This document shows positions 63,485 to 64,000 of a DNA stretch of 64,000 nucleotides, piece after piece. The notes beneath the pieces were generated by a model. The model did not search any database, was not told the DNA's origin, and saw only the letters and a program-made list of their open reading frames with translations. The stretch covers positions 6,448,001-6,512,000 of the forward strand of contig NW_024704757.1 in the NCBI RefSeq assembly GCF_018977255.1, in the 5' to 3' direction. Position numbers and translations under genes: made by a program. Positions within the stretch are counted from its first letter, which is position 1. Each line of letters opens with the position of its first letter. This DNA comes from Callorhinchus milii (taxonomy: Eukaryota).

Positions 63485-64000
63485 TTCAACAATTTGCATT
63501 TACACAGCACCCCTCACAGAGTAGCGCCCCAGAGCGCTTGACAGTGGCAGAGCATGATGCCGAGCTGGTGGGGGGTAGCCAAAGGTTCGGTCGAAGAGAA
63601 AGGTCTTCAGATGCGACCTGAAGATGGGGAAGGAAGGGGCAAGGTGGAGGGATAGAGAAAGAGTGCTCCAGAGTTTTGGCTGAAAGCGCAGCCACCGATG
63701 ATGGACGGAAGGACATGCATGAGGCCACAGGTTGTGGGATTGGGGGTTAAGCAGGTCGGAGAGATGCCAGGGCATGAAGGATTTGAAAATAAATGTCAGG
63801 ATCTTGATATCAATCCATTTGGCGACAAGGAGCCAGTGGAGCCTGGCTAGAACTGGTATGATGCGGGTATGGAGTTTAGTACAGGGGAGAGTGCAGGCGG
63901 CAGAGTTTTGGATCAGCTGGATCTTGTAGATGGTGGAGCTGGGGAGACTAGCGAGGAGGGCATTTTAATAGTCGAGACGGGAGGTCACAAACGTATGGAC
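63485..64000 (-). mobile_element. L2-clade LINE 3' fragment. Shorter fragments of the same family lie at about 27690-27960(+), 30435-30690(-), 48240-48505(-), 49135-49470(-) and 55885-56145(-).
   Basis: Reverse strand reads SRLDY...LQLIQNSAA...LHWL...KILT...HLKTFLFD; shared 3' UTR and tail. Confidence 0.85.

Overview
Vertebrate genomic DNA, most likely a cartilaginous fish and probably a holocephalan/chimaera. This is inferred from the repeats: Deu-domain tRNA-SINEs, L2 and CR1 LINE tails, and Penelope-type palindromes. It carries five spliced protein-coding genes, syntenic with human 7p22.3: MAD1L1 (minus; first 8 coding exons, then a large intron running off the left end), MRM2/FTSJ2 (minus, complete), NUDT1/MTH1 (plus, complete, head-to-head with MRM2), SNX8 (minus, complete, 13 coding exons) and IQCE (plus, first 9 exons). 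Most entries in the ORF track are repeat-derived or chance ORFs. Most notable observations: (1) a 66-bp-arm imperfect palindrome in a MAD1L1 intron whose mismatches favour folding on the pre-mRNA strand; (2) a promoter-like CpG patch with a splice donor, antisense and deep inside MAD1L1; (3) an SNX8 N-terminal EH-like extension absent from the human protein; (4) direct SNX8-IQCE adjacency; (5) a GC-AG intron in SNX8; (6) a Gly-to-Ser change in the NUDT1 Nudix box; (7) a minisatellite beside each promoter region. I found no clear multi-component novel system. Exon boundaries were read by eye, repeat boundaries are approximate, and orthologue comparisons are from memory of the human proteins.
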